DNA of 64,000 nucleotides from a virus, in the IMG/VR virus record IMGVR_UViG_3300045988_134667, positions 8,223-72,222 of that record, one strand, 5' to 3'. Made by a program: the position numbers and the translations under genes. A model generated the notes under the pieces. The model ran no database searches. It was not told the DNA's origin and saw only the letters and a list, made by a program, of their open reading frames with translations. This document shows positions 29,326 to 37,584 of this stretch, in pieces. Position 1 is the stretch's first letter, and every line of letters begins with the position of its first letter.

Positions 29326-30326
29326 TGATTATGTGTTACAAAATAGAAGTACAAAACAAAAATGCTGAAAAGCTTAATAGGAAGTTGGATGAGTTAAACG
29401 CACCACAGTTTTTAAGAGATTACTTGAATGAGTTGGAAAGCAAGAACGGAGCGTTAAATTATCTAGTGGCAATTAAAGATTTTTTACAGTGGTTGATTGA
29501 AAGCAATATTATTAATAAGAAATCAATTTCTGAAATAGAAGTTTCTGATTTTAGTGACTTGCGACCACAAAATATTAGTTCATACCTTAGATACAAGGAA
29601 ACAAATGGAATGTCGCCAACCACAACGGAGACAAGAAAAAATATCATTAAAAGTTTCATACAGGATATTTATTCATACAGAGAATGTTTATTAAGAGAAA
29701 TTTATAGCAACATAGAAGATTTTTACAAAATGATTAAATATAAAGGAATCCCATCTGGTAATAACTTGACTAAAAAACTTCCAACAGAAAAGCAGCTTAA
29801 TGATATGGAAGAGAAAATAATGTGGAAGAAAGATGAATGTGTGAGGAATAGGAATATTGCTATCTTTCGAGTTTTAAGAGGAACTGGAATAAGAGAATCT
29901 GAACTTGCCGGTTTGGATTTATCAGATTTACATTTAGATGAAGAAATGCCATATATTACTATTCTTGGTAAAGGTGTGTACAGAGAAATGCAAAACAGAA
30001 CTGTATATCTTAGCGGATCTGCTCTGAAGGCATTAAGAGAATGGTTAGAATACAGAAGTACCTTAGATAATATTGTAGATACGGAAGCAGTTTTTGTAAA
30101 TAAAAACGGTACACGTACAACAGAAAGAAATATCAAACAGATATTTGAAAATTATGGCAATGGAATTACACCACATATGATGAGACATTATTATGCTAGT
30201 GTAATGAATCAGAATGGGAATCTTGCATTTGTACAACAGCAGCTTGGGCATAGTAGTGTGAATACAACGGTTAATAATTATGCAAACGGAGCTGTTGGAA
30301 TGAAAGAAAAATTAATGGAGATGTGA
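29325..30326 (+). CDS. int: tyrosine recombinase / phage integrase
   Basis: C-terminal catalytic signature RGTGIRESEL ... HMMRHYYAS ... LGHSSVNTTVNNY (R, H-x-x-R and the Tyr nucleophile). Confidence 0.8.
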   Translation: MIMCYKIEVQNKNAEKLNRKLDELNAPQFLRDYLNELESKNGALNYLVAIKDFLQWLIESNIINKKSISEIEVSDFSDLRPQNISSYLRYKETNGMSPTTTETRKNIIKSFIQDIYSYRECLLREIYSNIEDFYKMIKYKGIPSGNNLTKKLPTEKQLNDMEEKIMWKKDECVRNRNIAIFRVLRGTGIRESELAGLDLSDLHLDEEMPYITILGKGVYREMQNRTVYLSGSALKALREWLEYRSTLDNIVDTEAVFVNKNGTRTTERNIKQIFENYGNGITPHMMRHYYASVMNQNGNLAFVQQQLGHSSVNTTVNNYANGAVGMKEKLMEM

Positions 30327-30328
30327 TT

Positions 30329-30523
30329 ATGGTTGAATATATTGGAAATAAAATCAGAACTGAAAAGAGAATAACAGTAAGAGGACTGGCAAAAGCTGCC
30401 GAAGTTGCTCCAAGTACGATTAGCAAGTGGGAAAATGGAAGTGCTGTTCCTGACTTAGCTGTACTTGATTTGGTTGCCAAAGCTATGAAAGTGCAACCAT
30501 TTGATCTTGTTAAATTTGTGTAA
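30329..30523 (+). CDS. XRE-family HTH regulator
   Basis: ITVRGLAKAAEVAPSTISKWENGSAVPDLAVLDLVAKAM. Confidence 0.65.
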   Translation: MVEYIGNKIRTEKRITVRGLAKAAEVAPSTISKWENGSAVPDLAVLDLVAKAMKVQPFDLVKFV

Positions 30524-30536
30524 TATGTATACGACA

Positions 30537-30755
30537 CTATTTCTTAGTGTCGCAGATAAAAATATCGTTTGGTGTACAATTTAACGCCTGGCATATTTTC
30601 TCGATAGTATCAAAACGAATGCTTTTTGTTTTTTCATTACAAATGTCACCAATATTATTACTAGAAATTCCAGTAGTTTTAGATAACCAATACTGTGTTT
30701 TCTTTTGATCTGCAAGAATTTGTTTGAGGTTTATTCTCATATTATATTCCTCCAT
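30537..30755 (-). CDS. XRE-family HTH regulator (repressor-like, divergent from the toxin operon)
   Basis: KKTQYWLSKTTGISSNNIGDICNEKTKSIRFDTIEKICQAL. Confidence 0.65.
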   Translation of the reverse strand: MEEYNMRINLKQILADQKKTQYWLSKTTGISSNNIGDICNEKTKSIRFDTIEKICQALNCTPNDIFICDTKK

Positions 30756-30810
30756 ATAAATTATTTAAAAATATAATACCAAAAAATATCATATTTTTCA
30801 ATAATATATC

Positions 30811-30839
30811 TTGACATATGATATGCATGGGTATATAAT
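30811..30839 (+). promoter_or_regulatory. consensus promoter TTGACA, 17 bp spacer, TATAAT, with flanking inverted repeat ATATCATAT / ATATGATAT
   Basis: -35 at 30811-30816 and -10 at 30834-30839. The operator-like inverted repeat straddles the -35, in the divergent region between the two HTH genes and the toxin gene. Confidence 0.65.
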
Positions 30840-30911
30840 GCAAAGCATAAGAAGTAAACAAGAAGCAAACAAAACGTAGGACATTACATAAGAAGAAAGG
30901 AGGTAAAAGGA

Positions 30912-31277
30912 ATGACTGTAAACTTTGGGTATGTTATGATGATTGACTTTGGAGAAGATAAAATTAATTCAGTTCAAGTAGGAGTAAGACCGGGCGTAAT
31001 CATTCAGAACGACATCGGGAACAAATATTCTCCGACCTCAATAGCTGTTCCTTTGACCAGTGAAATCAAGAAATTAAATATGCCATGTCATAAAGTCCTA
31101 CATATGAACGAACAAAATGGCTTGACGGAAGATTCAATGGTGCTTGGAGAGCAAGTAAGGGTAATTGACAAAAATTCGATATTATACAAAATGGGCACTT
31201 TAAACGATGGTGAATGTGATCTTGTCGTTAAAGCATATTTTGCAAATATACCTAGAAGGAGGGTTAATTGTGGCTGA
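30912..31277 (+). CDS. MazF/PemK-family endoribonuclease toxin-like protein
   Basis: GYVMMIDFGEDKINSVQVGVRPGVIIQNDIGNKYSPTSIAVPLTSEI. RPGVIIQND is the PemK/MazF fold signature. SD AAAGGAGG. Confidence 0.65.
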   Translation: MTVNFGYVMMIDFGEDKINSVQVGVRPGVIIQNDIGNKYSPTSIAVPLTSEIKKLNMPCHKVLHMNEQNGLTEDSMVLGEQVRVIDKNSILYKMGTLNDGECDLVVKAYFANIPRRRVNCG

Positions 31278-31572
31278 ATATAAGAGTATTACAAAGAAAG
31301 AATTGACAGAATTACTTGATAAATATCCAGAAGATAAAGAGTTTAGTATTATCCAAACTCAACTTGGAATGACAATTATTCCATTAGGAGAGCGGATAGC
31401 AAATAAAGTAGATATTTTGGAAATTGCGAATGCAGCAAAAACAATGATTTATTCAGAGAATAAATTCATGTCACAAGTTGATATGCACAGCGTAAGGCAA
31501 GATATATTTAATATAGAAAGAAATGGAATAATGGATACGTTGTTGCTACCTAGATTTTCTAATAAAGAATAA
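31270..31572 (+). CDS. hypothetical protein co-transcribed with the MazF-like gene (possible cognate partner)
   Basis: GTG start with SD AGGAGGG; overlaps the toxin gene by 8 nt. Confidence 0.45.
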   Translation: MAEYKSITKKELTELLDKYPEDKEFSIIQTQLGMTIIPLGERIANKVDILEIANAAKTMIYSENKFMSQVDMHSVRQDIFNIERNGIMDTLLLPRFSNKE

Positions 31573-31653
31573 CTTTAGTGTCCTATAATTAGGACACCAT
31601 ACATATTAGAATGAAAACATGAACAAGAAATCGAACAAGTGTTTGTTTTATAC

Positions 31654-31682
31654 TTGACACAAACATATGTTTGGACTATGAT
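31654..31682 (+). promoter_or_regulatory. promoter TTGACA, 17 bp spacer, TATGAT, with the 14-bp palindrome CAAACATATGTTTG in the spacer; likely drives the tRNA cluster
   Basis: -35 at 31654-31659 and -10 at 31677-31682; a perfect palindromic operator sits inside the spacer. Confidence 0.55.
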
Positions 31683-31881
31683 TATTATTGTAAGAGAAAT
31701 AATGGAAATAAAAAACAGTCCGAATGACGTGGCTGCAACCACATATGTCATTCAGACTGTAACTCAACCAACCAAGATTAAGTCATTACATATTTTGGCA
31801 TAATTTTCCAGTTATGTCAAGTTCAGTATGGCTAAAATCATAGCCTGTTTCCAATATTTTATCAAAATTTAATAATTTTAT

Positions 31882-31954
31882 AGGGCATTCGCCAAGTGGT
31901 AAGGCACAGGATTTTGATTCCTGCATTACATCAGTTCGAATCTGATATGCCCTG
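31882..31954 (+). tRNA. tRNA-Gln (anticodon UUG)
   Basis: Cloverleaf with acceptor AGGGCAT/ATGCCCT, D-arm GCCAAGTGGTAAGGC, anticodon stem CAGGA/TCCTG with loop TTTTGAT, and T-loop TTCGAAT. Architecture is nearly identical to E. coli tRNA-Gln. Confidence 0.8.
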
Positions 31955-32113
31955 CTTTGTGACATTCCACCCGGTATGTTACAGAACGCAAGTGATTTCC
32001 TTGTAAGAGCAAAATGTGTAGTTGCTATAGTTCTACCATAGTTTAATCCACTAACGGATTACAAGCTGATACTATAGAACTTCCTGATAAACTTGCGATA
32101 GTGTCAGCTACTT

Positions 32114-32187
32114 GGATCATTAGCACAATTGGTTAGTGCATTCGGCTCATAACCGAAAGGCTCAGAGTTCAAGTCTCTGATGATCCA
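32114..32187 (+). tRNA. tRNA-Met or initiator/Ile-lysidine type (anticodon CAU)
   Basis: Acceptor GGATCAT/ATGATCC, D-arm GCACAATTGGTTAGTGC, anticodon stem TTCGG/CCGAA with loop CTCATAA, T-arm CAGAGTTCAAGTCTCTG. Confidence 0.8.
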
Positions 32188-32212
32188 TTGCTAAATCAAA
32201 CAAAGAGAGGAG

Positions 32213-32829
32213 ATGATTACGTTGGCACAATATGTAATTACAGACGGTTCTCGTTGGATTATGAGAAATCGTAATGGTAAATATGTTCCAACATCTTGCG
32301 AGGCATTGGCTGATACATTTTCAAATAAAGCAGCCAATAATCTATATAATAACTCGCTACCCAAAGCCTTGAAATCAGTATTTCATATCCAGAAAATTGA
32401 TACCCCACCAGATAATGTAAAGCAGATTACACAATCAGAAGTGGAAAATAATACCGAAAAAGTTATGGTTGCTGAAAATATCTAGAAATGGATTGACAAA
32501 ATAACTGATCTTAATGGATTAGCAACAGATGCATTACATAGAAAAGAAGAGCTGTGTGAAGAACTTAGCTTTGTAGACAGGGAATTATCTGATATCAATC
32601 ATTATATAGAATTTTGTAATCTTAATGCAGCACAAGGATGGAAGGCATATAAGATGATAAAGGAACGGAGAATAAAAAGAAGAAGTATCAAAAATGAGAT
32701 ACAAATTCTTAACATTATTCTTGATAAAAAGATTTCTGACACAGTTACAAATGAGATTTTGGAATCCATGTCGAAAATGGATAAGCGTACATATGAACCA
32801 CGAGTAATGAACGAGTTGTTTGATTTGTA
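32213..32829 (+). CDS. paralog of the 25057..25650 product, interrupted by an in-frame TAG at 32483-32485 (pseudogene or amber read-through)
   Basis: Track ORF 32213..32485 ends in TAG. The same frame continues without further stops to TAA at 32827-32829, with no start codon until a late ATG. Homology to the intact paralog spans both sides of the TAG. Confidence 0.5.
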
Positions 32830-32845
32830 AAGGAAGGATATACAT

Positions 32846-33025
32846 ATGGTGATTTGTAAAAGGTGTTATACACCTATGGTTGGTGTTATGTCATTCTCAA
32901 AGAACAAGCATGAGAAATTCTGTCGTTGTCCGAAGTGTTGTTCAGAGACACGGCATATAAAAATCAATGATAACGAGTTGAGTTTTGGAGAGATATTACA
33001 TAGAGAAATCAAGAAGGGAAAGTAA
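32846..33025 (+). CDS. zinc-ribbon small protein (59 aa)
   Basis: SD AAGGAAGGA; MVICKRCYTPM...CRCPKCC. Confidence 0.5.
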   Translation: MVICKRCYTPMVGVMSFSKNKHEKFCRCPKCCSETRHIKINDNELSFGEILHREIKKGK

Positions 33026-33032
33026 TTACATA

Positions 33033-33593
33033 ATGGAAATACAACAAATATTGGAATGGTACTGTGATAATGAAATGTATCAGTTAAAAAAGATGTGTTA
33101 CCCAATGTTGATAAAGATTGGAGGTATATCTGACAAAGATTATGACGACTTTTACAGTATCGCTTTAAGTGTATTATCAGACACCGCATTAAGATTTGAT
33201 TCAGAAAAAGAAATAGATTTTGATTCATTCTTAGCCAGTAACATTAAGCGAAAGTTTAAAACCGAGATTCGTGATCGTAATCGTGAAAAACGTATTCCTG
33301 CTAAGAAAATTGAGAGTACAAGTAATCTTGTTACAGAAGATGGACTGGAACTTGGAGAAACCATTCCATCAAAGTTTGATACATATGAAACTGCTTGTGA
33401 GTATTTGTTTGAAGGTACTAAGATCCAAAGATATTTGGATAAGTTATCATATACACAACGCAAAATCGTTTCGCTATTATCTAATGGATATAAAGCAAAA
33501 GAAATCAGAGAATTATTACATATGGATAGCAAACAATATTCTAATAATCTTGCAGCTATTCAAGCATATGAAAATGTAAAAATTTTAATGTAA
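33033..33593 (+). CDS. sigma-70-family RNA polymerase sigma factor (phage-encoded, ECF/late-sigma-like)
   Basis: Region-2-like YDDFYSIALSVLSDTALRFD and region-4 HTH LSYTQRKIVSLLSNGYKAKEIRELL. Confidence 0.7.
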   Translation: MEIQQILEWYCDNEMYQLKKMCYPMLIKIGGISDKDYDDFYSIALSVLSDTALRFDSEKEIDFDSFLASNIKRKFKTEIRDRNREKRIPAKKIESTSNLVTEDGLELGETIPSKFDTYETACEYLFEGTKIQRYLDKLSYTQRKIVSLLSNGYKAKEIRELLHMDSKQYSNNLAAIQAYENVKILM

Positions 33594-33612
33594 ACATAAG
33601 GAGGAAATAGTC

Positions 33613-35049
33613 ATGGCAAAGAAGGTAAGAGAAGAAAATATTCCATTGATTAACTATACCAGTGAGGTAAAAGATGGAGATGTTAATGACAATCAGGATG
33701 TACAGAGATATTTCTGTAGTGACAAGCCATTCGTTAATGGAATTGGTGTTACGATTCTAACTGGCGACTATCTTCCACCTTTAATTTTAGCTGAAGTTCC
33801 TTTAAATGAGGATATTGTACAAAAATATATTGTAGATGGTCTTCAGAGAACAACCGCATTAATGCAGATTAGATATGGGAATCATAAATTTACTGGTGCT
33901 ATTGAAGATAGTGAAATTGAGTACCAAGAAAAGCAGGTAGATGAAAATGGAAAATTTTTAAAAGATGAAGATGGGAATTTTGTATGGGAAAAGAAAACAT
34001 TTGATATTAAAAATAAAACATATGATGATTTTCCAAAAGAACTGAAGAAACGATTTGACAACTATCAGCTCAGAATTGCCACATATCAAAATTGTGATAT
34101 GAAAAAGGTAAGCAAATTGGTAAGAAAGCTGAATGTACAAAGAGGAATGAATACAAGTCAGAGAGCATTGACTTGGATTCCTACATATGCAAGAAAAATT
34201 AAAAATATTGCTGATGAAGGATTTTTTAAAAATAGTATTGAGTATTCTGACACTGCTAGGAAAAATGGAGAATATATGCAGAGCGTATGCCGATCTGTTA
34301 TGAATGTTTTTCATTTTGATGACTACAAACGTGGTGCAAAAGAAATATGTGATTATCTCGAAGATAATAGTAACATTGAAGAATTCAATACAGTCCATGA
34401 ATATTTTCAAAGAATCGAAGCAGCTTGTAAAGATACTTGTAAAGATATTCTTGTTAAAAAAGATATTCCTGTATGGCTGACGGTATTTAGTAGATTTGTG
34501 AAAAGTGGTTTACAAGATAGTAAATTTGCTGATTTTATTCATGAGTTGTCAGGAAAATTGCATAGTACGGATGTTAATGGCGTTAGTTACGATTCATTAA
34601 ATAAGGAGTCTGGTACTACGGATAAAAAACTTGTAGTTGCTAAAATTAATACATATACAGCTTTGATGAATGAATTTTTACATATTGATACAAGAGAAGT
34701 AAATGACACAGAATTGGAGAATAACAATACGGAAGAAAGTGCTGAAGAAAATACGGAAGAAAGTGTTCTTTCCTTTGTTCAAGAAAATACGAATCCAAAT
34801 GTGACGGACGAAGATATAAACCTTTACACAGACATGGTAGAAGATTGTGTGAAGATTGATGATCCCGTTTATAAAGAGTGTGGAATGGCATTAGTAGCAC
34901 TCATGGCTTATGCTTGTCAGAATGACAAGGATCAAGATTTTGAAAGATGGATTGAAAATTATCGCAATAAATCCGAATTTAGTCCATCGCAGAAAGTTAA
35001 TTATACATATATGAAACGCAGTTTTGATAATTTCGTAGCAAATGCGTAA
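33613..35049 (+). CDS. DUF262-like (ParB/GmrSD N-terminal nuclease-domain) protein with an acidic C-terminal region
   Basis: VDGLQRTTAL resembles the DGQQR motif of DUF262. 478 aa; SD AAGGAGG; forms an operon with the sigma factor. Confidence 0.55.
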   Translation: MAKKVREENIPLINYTSEVKDGDVNDNQDVQRYFCSDKPFVNGIGVTILTGDYLPPLILAEVPLNEDIVQKYIVDGLQRTTALMQIRYGNHKFTGAIEDSEIEYQEKQVDENGKFLKDEDGNFVWEKKTFDIKNKTYDDFPKELKKRFDNYQLRIATYQNCDMKKVSKLVRKLNVQRGMNTSQRALTWIPTYARKIKNIADEGFFKNSIEYSDTARKNGEYMQSVCRSVMNVFHFDDYKRGAKEICDYLEDNSNIEEFNTVHEYFQRIEAACKDTCKDILVKKDIPVWLTVFSRFVKSGLQDSKFADFIHELSGKLHSTDVNGVSYDSLNKESGTTDKKLVVAKINTYTALMNEFLHIDTREVNDTELENNNTEESAEENTEESVLSFVQENTNPNVTDEDINLYTDMVEDCVKIDDPVYKECGMALVALMAYACQNDKDQDFERWIENYRNKSEFSPSQKVNYTYMKRSFDNFVANA

Positions 35050-35085
35050 TCAATTTGGTAATAAGCAATAGCTTTTACATAAAAA

Positions 35086-35126
35086 AGATGGACAACGATG
35101 TGTCGTGAAGTTCCTGTTGTCCATCT
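35086..35126. terminator. strong 11-bp-stem hairpin (AGATGGACAAC / GTTGTCCATCT); candidate terminator or RNA stabiliser
   Basis: Perfect stem preceded by an A-run, so it would be rho-independent if read from the minus strand. No T-run on the plus side. Confidence 0.45.
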
Positions 35127-35262
35127 CTCATATCAAACTAAAGGAATAATCCAAAAGTCGATATACATATATTGTAATCTTTTCTTAAGGTTAAATCAAC
35201 AACCAAATTGACATTCTTCTCGTTCTGAGTTGGATTATTCCATTATTAAAAGAGGAGGTTTT

Positions 35263-35634
35263 ATGATAGTAAAAGATTTAGAACAGGAATCATTTCGTCA
35301 GATCAGGCAGAAATTATCTGGTTTTGATGACAATTCAAGCAATGAAGAAATTGCAGGACATGTTAAAGGTGTAGTTGATCTCGAAAGTGCATTATATAGT
35401 AAGTTAGATACTGAGAATAATTCACCTAATATTCCAGTTTTAGATAACGAACAAGAAGGAGATACAGAAGACGATGAATCAAAATCGCAGAAAATTATAA
35501 ATGAATTATTTGCTGTTGTAACAGAATTTAATGTAAGAAACACAAGTTACAATAAGACGGTTAACAAAACATGGGATGAATTGTGTGATATGGGAATAGA
35601 CTTGTTCCAAAAATTGAAGAATGTTGATGACTAA
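35263..35634 (+). CDS. acidic hypothetical protein
   Basis: SD AGGAGG; trimmed from the track ORF. Confidence 0.55.
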   Translation: MIVKDLEQESFRQIRQKLSGFDDNSSNEEIAGHVKGVVDLESALYSKLDTENNSPNIPVLDNEQEGDTEDDESKSQKIINELFAVVTEFNVRNTSYNKTVNKTWDELCDMGIDLFQKLKNVDD

Positions 35635-35670
35635 ATATAACAAAAGATATATTCTACAAAGGTGAAAAAG

Positions 35671-35982
35671 ATGAAGATAACAGGAATAATTCGGAGAGTC
35701 GATGATTTAGGTCGAATAGTAATTCCAAAGGAAATTAGAAGACAAGTGTTTGGAAAAACAGACGCATCTGGTGAGCCAATGGAAATATTTATTGACGGAG
35801 AAAATATTGTACTCCGAAGATATGAGGAAATACAAACATGTAAATGGATAAAATATGATTATAGAACGATTTGCCCTAAAGAACACGATGCAGGTAATCT
35901 ATATTGGAGAATACCCGAAGATATGGATAAGATAAAATATTGTCCTTATTGTGGCAAAGAAATAGTTATTGTAGATGAGTAA
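35671..35982 (+). CDS. AbrB/MazE/SpoVT-family DNA-binding domain fused to a C-terminal zinc ribbon
   Basis: RRVDDLGRIVIPKEIRRQV swapped-hairpin motif, followed by CPKEHD...CPYCGKE. Confidence 0.65.
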   Translation: MKITGIIRRVDDLGRIVIPKEIRRQVFGKTDASGEPMEIFIDGENIVLRRYEEIQTCKWIKYDYRTICPKEHDAGNLYWRIPEDMDKIKYCPYCGKEIVIVDE

Positions 35983-36024
35983 TAAATAAAATTCTCTTTC
36001 TTTGGAAAATTAGGAGGTTTGCAG

Positions 36025-36357
36025 ATGGAAATGTTGAAAGAATATTCAGAAAAATATGGATTAAAAGAAGTGGTAAATGATTATGGAGAGTGTCGTCATA
36101 CAAGTGATAGAAGCATTGTATTTCCGAATGGATGGGTTGCTTCTATTGTAGAAAATAATGGTGTTGATACATATAAGCCAAACGGAGAACACATAAAAGA
36201 ATTTAAGTCGAATAAGAACTATTCTGTTGCAATGTGTGATTGCAATGGGTATTTCGATTGGGATATTCTTAATAAATATGGAGCAATTGATGGATGCATT
36301 TATTGCGACACAGAACTTGAACTACTGATTGCTTGTGAGACAATCAGGAGATTATAG
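36025..36357 (+). CDS. hypothetical protein
   Basis: Trimmed to an ATG with SD AGGAGG. Confidence 0.5.
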   Translation: MEMLKEYSEKYGLKEVVNDYGECRHTSDRSIVFPNGWVASIVENNGVDTYKPNGEHIKEFKSNKNYSVAMCDCNGYFDWDILNKYGAIDGCIYCDTELELLIACETIRRL

Positions 36358-36392
36358 GAGTGTGTGATTTTCTTTGGAAGGAAGGTGAGAAG

Positions 36393-36764
36393 ATGCAAAT
36401 AAATATTAGTTATACATTATATACAGACGGTGATTACAGTTTAAGGAATGCCGAAGATTTTGGCTGTACTAATAGGGACGTAGTAGTTGATGATTTTGAA
36501 CATTACGATTACATAGGTTTTGTGGAATTTAAAAATGAAGAAGATTGGCGTTGTAAAAGCGAAGCGAAAAATTTTCTTTGGAGATTTTTATGTGATGGAA
36601 TTCATATATCTTATACGCATCCTTGGCTACTTAAAGATTTTTATGACATTATGAAATCTTTAGAGAATGTCATTAATGAATATAAAGAGGGAATATCTGT
36701 ATCCAAAAAGCATATAACAGGTAACTATGAAGGAACAGAAATTAAAATAGAAATATCACAGTAA
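36393..36764 (+). CDS. hypothetical protein
   Basis: Trimmed to an ATG (MQINISY) with SD GGAAGGTGAGAAG. Confidence 0.5.
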   Translation: MQINISYTLYTDGDYSLRNAEDFGCTNRDVVVDDFEHYDYIGFVEFKNEEDWRCKSEAKNFLWRFLCDGIHISYTHPWLLKDFYDIMKSLENVINEYKEGISVSKKHITGNYEGTEIKIEISQ

Positions 36765-36801
36765 TGTTCGATTTCATAGGAAAGTGAGGAGAAAATAATT
36801 T

Positions 36802-37164
36802 ATGAATGGTATACAAATTATATCGCAAGAAGCAATGACAACACTCAGAGTTATACCAGCTATCTTATTGGTATTATCAATGTTTATAATCTTACCAATA
36901 ACATTCCGTATTGGAAATAAAACGAATAATTGGAAGTTGGCATTTAAGTTTGAAATAATATCTGGAATAATATATGGAATTATAATTATAACGATTTTAT
37001 TTTTAGGATTGTTTGATAAGCCAACAGGCTATTATAAATACACTGTAAAAATTTCTAATGAATGTAGTTTATTGGAATTTAACGAACAATACAAAATTAT
37101 CAAAGAAAATAGAGACGGAACATATGTTATTACTGATGATTTAGATTATGAAAATGGAAGATAA
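36802..37164 (+). CDS. membrane protein (two predicted TM segments)
   Basis: LRVIPAILLVLSMFIILPI and IISGIIYGIIIITILFLGLF. Confidence 0.55.
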   Translation: MNGIQIISQEAMTTLRVIPAILLVLSMFIILPITFRIGNKTNNWKLAFKFEIISGIIYGIIIITILFLGLFDKPTGYYKYTVKISNECSLLEFNEQYKIIKENRDGTYVITDDLDYENGR

Positions 37165-37206
37165 AGCCAAGTAAAACTTCGTTTCATTAGAAATTTGGAA
37201 GGAGAC

Positions 37207-37521
37207 AATGTGTTAAATATAGGAGATTGTGTAGGGCAGATTAACAAAGATTCATCTGGTGTATGGAAGTTATATAAGGATAAGATAAATAAAATCACGA
37301 TAACAAAGAAATATGGTAGAAGATATTTTACAAAGGCAGTGTTTTATCCATTAGACGCAGACGATGTAGATAACAATACAAAAGATATGGAAGAGTCGAT
37401 TGGCAAAGGATATATCATTGTAAGAGAAGTATTTGGGTTAAATGATAAGACTGAACCTTATGCTGAAAGATGGATAAAATGGGCTAATGAGAATCAAGAT
37501 AAGGCAACTGGTTTGATATAA
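37207..37521 (+). CDS. hypothetical protein
   Basis: GTG start with SD GGAAGGAG. Confidence 0.45.
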   Translation, partial: NVLNIGDCVGQINKDSSGVWKLYKDKINKITITKKYGRRYFTKAVFYPLDADDVDNNTKDMEESIGKGYIIVREVFGLNDKTEPYAERWIKWANENQDKATGLI

Positions 37522-37584
37522 ACGGAGAATATAACGGTAGAAACAATTAACAAAAATAAATATAAGAAAGAATAGGTACAAAAT

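Noticed and set aside
31955-32113. A third (suppressor) tRNA in the spacer between tRNA-Gln and tRNA-Met
   Set aside because: I could not assemble an acceptor, D, anticodon and T cloverleaf. The only CTA-bearing hairpin has a 6-nt loop and no U33. It is left as a question for tRNAscan-SE.
32585-33532. Minus-strand ORFs 32585..32845, 32866..33228 and 33152..33532
   Set aside because: They are antisense to the well-supported plus-strand paralog gene, zinc-ribbon gene and sigma-factor gene. They have no SD and are typical shadow ORFs.
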